Assembly: GCA_000320545.1 (NCBI GenBank)
Contig: ADNK01002537.1
Coordinates: 34,862 to 98,861, forward strand
Direction: 5' to 3'
DNA: 64,000 nt
Source of the DNA: Bigelowiella natans CCMP2755
Lineage: Eukaryota > Protista > Cercozoa
The notes below the pieces were generated by a model. It ran no database searches. It was not told where the DNA came from and was given only the letters and a program-made list of their open reading frames with translations. A program made the position numbers and the translations under genes. Each line of letters begins with the position of its first letter. The first letter of the stretch is position 1. Shown piece by piece: positions 58,425-64,000 of the stretch.

Positions 58425-60740
58425 ATGGCGACTTTCAACCAACGACAATGGTTGCGCTTCTCCTTGCGCGGGATGTTCGCAGTTTTGGTGGTTACCCTGC
58501 ACAGCCTTCACTCGACCTCTTACACGAGTCACCGCGTCAATGGAGGATGCACTCGTCCGTATGACGGTATTCGCAACAAGGTTAGGAAGCTCAGGGGGGG
58601 GGACGGCCCCACTGCTCCAATGTCGAGAGTTCGGCGTATTGCCAATGCACAGAAACAGCTCGCAGACGAAGGTCTGCCAGAAGATGGGCCAGGGAGTGCC
58701 TTCCAGAGGCTTCGAACTGAGCGCTTCCGTGCTAAGGCAGCGGAGGCAGAGGCGAAAGACCCTCTCCGGGGCCAGCATGAGCATATCAGAGAGAAGCAAA
58801 AGCAGGAGTTCTTCCAGATGACATCAGCTGAAACACCAACCTCAACGGACCCCGAAGGTGCTGCCAAGTACCCTCGCGACCCATTCCGGCGGGTGAATTG
58901 GACCGATGCGTGGCTGGAGCTTAACCCTGGGGAGAAGTGGGAGGGCGACGAGACGTTCGGCCAGGAATGGTGGCGGACTGCTTATCGCTCGTACGACTGG
59001 GATCCGAGGAATCCTAGCTTCTGGGCAAATAAAAGCTTTCAGCCCTCGCAATCCGTCAAGTGGCTGAGGAATTTCGATGGGTACGACCCGTCAGACAGGG
59101 AGTTTTATAACAAGCTGTACTCGATCGAGGCCCCGGGCGTTCCTTTGGACAGCCCTCACATGCGAGTTCGGTCCGACTGGCATCGCCTTCACGTGATGAA
59201 CCTCCACTACAGTAACGGAAACTATGCTTTCAACAAGCCGATCATTGAGGAAATACTTGGCTTGGACGACCCAACCATACCCCGTCACATATATGAGGGG
59301 GTTAAGGCAAGGCGCCGCGTTCTTGTCCTCGGCTGTGGGACGAATGATTTCTGCCTGGAAATGCGAAAGGATGGGTATGGGGCAGTCGTCGGGTTGGATT
59401 GGTCAGAAGAAGCAATACGCCAACAGAGGCAATATCATTGCAACGATACGCTATATCCTGGCCTTCGCTATGACTGCCTTGACGTTGTGGAGTGGGAGGT
59501 GCCTGTGAACGCCTCGATTTCGAGGCGCTACAATCCTCTCAGCCATGAGGAGGAGGATATCAAACGCGCCCTCGGGTACACCGAACCCCCTTACGACACC
59601 TACAGCGCAAACACATCGTCATTAGGGAAGTTTGATCTTGTTCTTGACCTCGGCTGCTTCACGGATGTGCTGCAAACAGGACTTCGCAAGACGAATAAAA
59701 TGCTCTCCCACGTCTCGCGGGAGGCGCTCAAGCCCGGCGGGGTGTACCTTGTATGGACGCCTATCAGTCCCACTCTGCAGACGAATCCTCTCAATAGTAG
59801 GAGGCGGTTCAACTGGACCACCCGCTATACCGAGGTCCAGCACCTCAACGACTCGCACAACTACCACCGCTTCCACAACCACTCGACGCTCATCTACTCG
59901 TGCACGAAGATCGATGCGGAGGGGCGTCCGGTCCTCCCAGGAGGGGATATTGCATCATCATCCGACGACGAAGAGGGGGGTGCCGGTGTCGTGTACGATG
60001 AAACGGACAAGGAGTTTGATTGGGATCTACATCTTCAAGGCAGTCATGACAATAGCGCGGCAGAGCCAGCGCCGTCGCTGCCGCCTCAAAGGGGCAAAAC
60101 GACGGGGACGATGATCGACGCGGATGCAATATACACGAGGCTAGCAGCTAAATATGGATGGCGTGATCTTGACGAGGTAAAGGCCGAGCACGCTGCACAA
60201 CGGGAGAAGGAGAGGGAGGCTCGAAATGAAGAGAGGGCGAAGCGACAGCGAGAGGAGAGGAGCAAGCGCACGCAGAGAATGGCCGAGGAGTACCAGAAAC
60301 GACGCGAGATGGAGAGGCAAGGTATCTTGGACAACGACGTTGGTGTTGGGGGAGGGATTGACGAGTTTGAAAACAAGTCGTTCACGGACGTCGATACGGA
60401 CGCATACAACAACATTATGAAGCCAGGCTATGACCCATTTGAAGACTACAATCCTCTCAATCGCCCCGAGGAGGCAGGAGGGGGGGGAGACAACGACGAT
60501 GATAATGAAGCGATTTTGGACAACGAAGAGTTTGATGGAGACTCAGTGCCGAAACCTTTATGGGAAGAAATTGATGGCCTTCAGCGGGATTATGAGGGGG
60601 GGGGAGAGGAGGACGATGATTTAGGAGGAGGAGGAGGAGAAGGAGGAGGAGGAGGAGGAGGAGAAGGAGGGGGAGAGGGAAGGGGGGGGGGGATAATGGA
60701 GAAGAGAGATGAAGAAGAAGAGCTCAATGGTGATGCGTAA
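58425..60740 (+). CDS. intronless class I SAM-dependent methyltransferase (EEF1AKMT4/METTL13-like domain) with N-terminal bipartite-like presequence and acidic tail
   Basis: Single 771-aa ORF. Motif I VLVLGCG..FCLEMRKDGYGAVVGLDWSEEAI, then FDLVLDLG and ALKPGGVYL. Hydrophobic N-terminus followed by a basic S/T/R stretch ending in RKLRGG. D/E/G-rich C-terminus. Confidence 0.82.
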   Translation: MATFNQRQWLRFSLRGMFAVLVVTLHSLHSTSYTSHRVNGGCTRPYDGIRNKVRKLRGGDGPTAPMSRVRRIANAQKQLADEGLPEDGPGSAFQRLRTERFRAKAAEAEAKDPLRGQHEHIREKQKQEFFQMTSAETPTSTDPEGAAKYPRDPFRRVNWTDAWLELNPGEKWEGDETFGQEWWRTAYRSYDWDPRNPSFWANKSFQPSQSVKWLRNFDGYDPSDREFYNKLYSIEAPGVPLDSPHMRVRSDWHRLHVMNLHYSNGNYAFNKPIIEEILGLDDPTIPRHIYEGVKARRRVLVLGCGTNDFCLEMRKDGYGAVVGLDWSEEAIRQQRQYHCNDTLYPGLRYDCLDVVEWEVPVNASISRRYNPLSHEEEDIKRALGYTEPPYDTYSANTSSLGKFDLVLDLGCFTDVLQTGLRKTNKMLSHVSREALKPGGVYLVWTPISPTLQTNPLNSRRRFNWTTRYTEVQHLNDSHNYHRFHNHSTLIYSCTKIDAEGRPVLPGGDIASSSDDEEGGAGVVYDETDKEFDWDLHLQGSHDNSAAEPAPSLPPQRGKTTGTMIDADAIYTRLAAKYGWRDLDEVKAEHAAQREKEREARNEERAKRQREERSKRTQRMAEEYQKRREMERQGILDNDVGVGGGIDEFENKSFTDVDTDAYNNIMKPGYDPFEDYNPLNRPEEAGGGGDNDDDNEAILDNEEFDGDSVPKPLWEEIDGLQRDYEGGGEEDDDLGGGGGEGGGGGGGEGGGEGRGGGIMEKRDEEEELNGDA

Positions 60741-60769
60741 GTGATGTTTGATTTATCAACTACAAATAA

Positions 60770-61282
60770 CCAGCTCTACATCTAATGATGAATGCACAAG
60801 TATGCCTTCTACATGTCTGCACAAACATATGTGCATGCACGCGCACTGCCCATGTTGTGTGTGAGCTCCAATGTGCTCTAGATGCTCTCTGTCTCACAAT
60901 ATTTGATTGCTTGCGATGCGCTGCTCGTGCGTTTCTAGGTTTGCTTATATTCTTATTGGCAAAAACGCGGCGGGAGACGGACGTAATGAAATGTTTAAAT
61001 ATTTTCAATTGTCATTCGAATGTATAGCTATGCAATGCAGCGGCTACAGCGCTTAAGTTGTGTCTATTTGTTTCCTTTGTCACATGTTGCATGATCATGC
61101 TTGAAAATGCATTGCGCTTTGGTCTGTTATGTCGTGCTTTACGCGCAGCAGCGCGAGTTCTTTTTCCTGCTTTTGATAGGCGTTTTGTTTCGTCGTATAT
61201 ACATATATGTAATTAGCTAATAACAGACGCGCAGTGTTGTCGGTCATGACCACCAAGCGCGTGGTGGTCATGACTGACTACA

Positions 61283-61320
<38 letters not shown>

Positions 61321-61965
61321 TTATATATATGAGTCATTGATTACATTAACTATCTAGCTATTGCTGAATTGTAGCCATGGAATGTGCGCGCTGCACATCT
61401 CAGCGCGCGCGTGCATATTCTAGCACTTCTTGCCATTCTTGTCGCAATGATATCTAAATGTGACATGCGTGTCTGTTGGTCGTCGATTCTTCGCACGGCG
61501 CTATTACTACATTTGGTTTGCTATGACATGCACACGGTGTGCATTTCTTTCTTCATGATGACGCGATAAATCTAAGCCACAGATTCGATCAATGCTAGTC
61601 CAATGATCACATTGGTGAATTCGCTCTTGGTAGCGTTTCTTTTTTGCGCGCGCACATCTCTAGTCCTAGAACTATTAGGCCCGACGATGCATTTATTCCA
61701 TTGCAGCAATGTACGTATACATGCTGATCAGCGCTCTGCTACATCTTGACAAGCCCCGCCTCAGCTGTGACATATGAGAGCTTGTGCAGCATTAACAGCA
61801 CATCAACCATATATACAAGCATAACTACCAATATAACAGAGAACAGCTAGCTCGATCATAACCACGCACATGTGCAAGGCACACAGCCGCTGCATGCCGC
61901 AAGTGCTCTTGAGCTCTGACGACTCGCTCACCCGCTGGGCTTGTGCAAGCATATTCTAGCACTCT
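60770..61965. other. TGCA/CATG/CTAG-rich block between the convergent methyltransferase and AK ends
   Basis: Same signature; contains a 17-bp inverted repeat. Confidence 0.65.
61239..61278. repeat. 17-bp inverted repeat, 6-nt loop, one mismatch
   Basis: gtcggtcatgaccacca-agcgcg-tggtggtcatgactgac. Confidence 0.85.
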
Positions 61966-61973
61966 TCAGCATG

Positions 61974-62261
61974 CTAAAGATTGAATTTCTCCTGGATGTG
62001 TCGTTTCATCTCTGGCCAAATCACCTAAGGATCGATAGCATTTGGCGGTTATCATATCATCATTACGCATTGCGACTCGGCTGAAACCACCCCAAATACT
62101 GGAACTAGCTCGTAAGAACAGTTTCAGATTCTTCGCATCACAAAAAACAACGAAAACCAAGAAGCGATCCCACTTGAGGCGGAAATAATTAAAATCCAAT
62201 AGCGTTTTGGAAAATCAATATTCCACTAATTACATGAGATAGCACGAGTATCACCATCATC

Positions 62262-62293
<32 letters not shown>

Positions 62294-63210
62294 CATCGTT
62301 ATAATCGTCTACATCATTATCATCATCGTCATCATCATCATCATCATCCTCAGCAAACGCGTATCACGTTGGACTCTGTTCCGGCGAAGGATACGGCTTT
62401 GTCAAGACGCATGTAATGATCCAGTACTGGCCGTGTATTCTCTTCATAAACCTATTCACAATGCGTATTATATGGTAGTGAGTGGTGTGTGTGTGTGTGT
62501 GTGTGTGCGTGTGTGTGTGTGTGTATTTGTGTGATGGTGTTCTATAAAACCGTGCAATATCACATTACAACACATGCACTTTGTTTGTACAGCTTCACAT
62601 GTGGGGATAGTACCCTTAGCCTGTCTCGCACAGCCTCTGGTTGATCGTCGTCTCTGTTGTTTGATTAATGTAAGAATGCCAATGCACGCACGCACACACA
62701 CACACACACACACACACCGATAACACATGGAAATCACATTTTCTTTCTCAAGTTTATACGAGGGGTTTCTCGCGAATGAAGATTTTAGAGCGTGCAATGC
62801 TTAATACATCATCATTTATATATCAATGATATATTTTATCATCATCATCATCATCATCATCATCATCGTCATCATCATCGTCGCCAATCTCCCGTCGTGT
62901 TTGTATCACCTGACAACGAGTTCCTCTCCTGTTTCATCATCCTTAATGACACACAATATTGCTGTATTACATGACCGCAAAAGCACAAAGTACGGGTGAC
63001 GACGTGTCGCTGCTGCTACCTTGCCCTCTACTTTTGGGGGGCTCCATAAGCGATGATAACTCCTTTGGACATTGTTGAGTGGGGGGGGGGGGGATAAGAA
63101 AGAAGAAGGAGAAGAAAAGAAAGAAACAATCACGAGGTGATAGTGATGACTCACACACCCATTCCTACGTATTTATCGCTAATACGAACACATCCCACTC
63201 GCACAACACT

Positions 63211-63248
<38 letters not shown>

Positions 63249-63307
63249 TTTTATTCTTCATTACAATCGTCTCATAAGAATTATATATATAATTTTTAAC
63301 ACATATC

Positions 63308-63338
<31 letters not shown>

Positions 63339-63742
63339 CTACATATGATATTCATAGAGTATATATATATATCTGTGTTATCTTAAAAACCTTCCGCTGG
63401 GTAGATGTACCATACGATGTCGCAGCCGCTCTACAATCTGGATTGGGTGTAGCAGCGCAGCATTTATCAAAGACCGTTCCATATTTGAGTATGTGAGTGA
63501 GTGTGTGTGCGTGTGTGTGTGCGTGTGTGTGTGCGTGTGTGTGTGCGTGTGTGTGTGTGTGTGTGTTAGTTCGGAAGATGCATCGAGGCAGCTTCACGTT
63601 GCTTATCACTTTCCCTTCTCCCTCTTTTGAATAGAGTTAATTGAATGCTACTTCTGCTACACCTACTGCTGGCACTGCTGTTACTCTCTCTACCTCTTCG
63701 TGAGGAATGTCAAGATTCACGACGATGTCGAGTGAGAATGCT
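61974..63742 (-). CDS. adenylate kinase, AK3/AK4-like (GTP:AMP phosphotransferase type), 3' part; the gene continues beyond the window
   Basis: Spliced exons: AFSLDIVVNLDIPHEE|IVERLRHRMVHLPSGR|SYHRLWSPPKVEGK|DDETGEELVVR|DDDQPEAVRDRLR|VYEENTRPVLDHYMRLDKAVSFAGTESN|VIWPEMKRHIQEKFNL*. Non-zinc LID. The FxGTExNxIWP tail is typical of AK3. Confidence 0.9.
62250..62348. repeat. degenerate (CAT)n trinucleotide tract in an AK intron
   Basis: Directly visible; similar tracts at ~49715-49760 and ~62838-62880. Confidence 0.9.
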
Positions 63743-63879
63743 ATCAACAAGTACGCACACAACAACATACAAATACGCACACGCGTACAGATGAGTATTT
63801 GAAATATGCGCATAAATATATCGATTATATGAAATCATTTTTTTGGTTACATCGCACACACGAACGTTTACACCATAGT

Positions 63880-63965
<86 letters not shown>

Positions 63966-64000
63966 TAGTAACGTTAAGTTAAGTTAGTTAGTAGTACGTA

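Overview
Eukaryotic nuclear DNA with intron-rich genes (GT-AG introns, one probable GC-AG) and abundant intronic microsatellites. The gene style and a signal-peptide + basic spacer + LRGG presequence suggest an alga with a complex plastid, possibly a chlorarachniophyte (inference only). Manual splicing gives about 10-11 genes, in order: the 3' part of a CHD7/Kismet-like chromatin remodeler (+); an FG-GAP beta-propeller / Cys-rich / multi-pass membrane protein (+); a dually acylated MGCGAS EF-hand protein (-); an HTTM-domain membrane protein with a bacterial-type C-terminal Cys-pair domain (+); a hypothetical membrane protein (+); a doubtful small gene (-); a GH95 alpha-L-fucosidase-family enzyme (+); a formin (-); a histidine-phosphatase (RHGE) protein (-); an intronless class I methyltransferase (+); and the 3' part of an AK3-like adenylate kinase (-). 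The most striking non-coding signal is a set of seven 0.5-1.7 kb blocks enriched in CTAG/GCTAGC/TGCA/CATG and poor in CC/GG. One block lies downstream of every gene 3' end and none lies in a divergent promoter region, which suggests cytosine methylation and deamination (including a non-CG context) linked to gene ends. No rRNA, tRNA, CRISPR array or intact transposon was recognised. Exon boundaries were derived by eye, and terminal exons are approximate.
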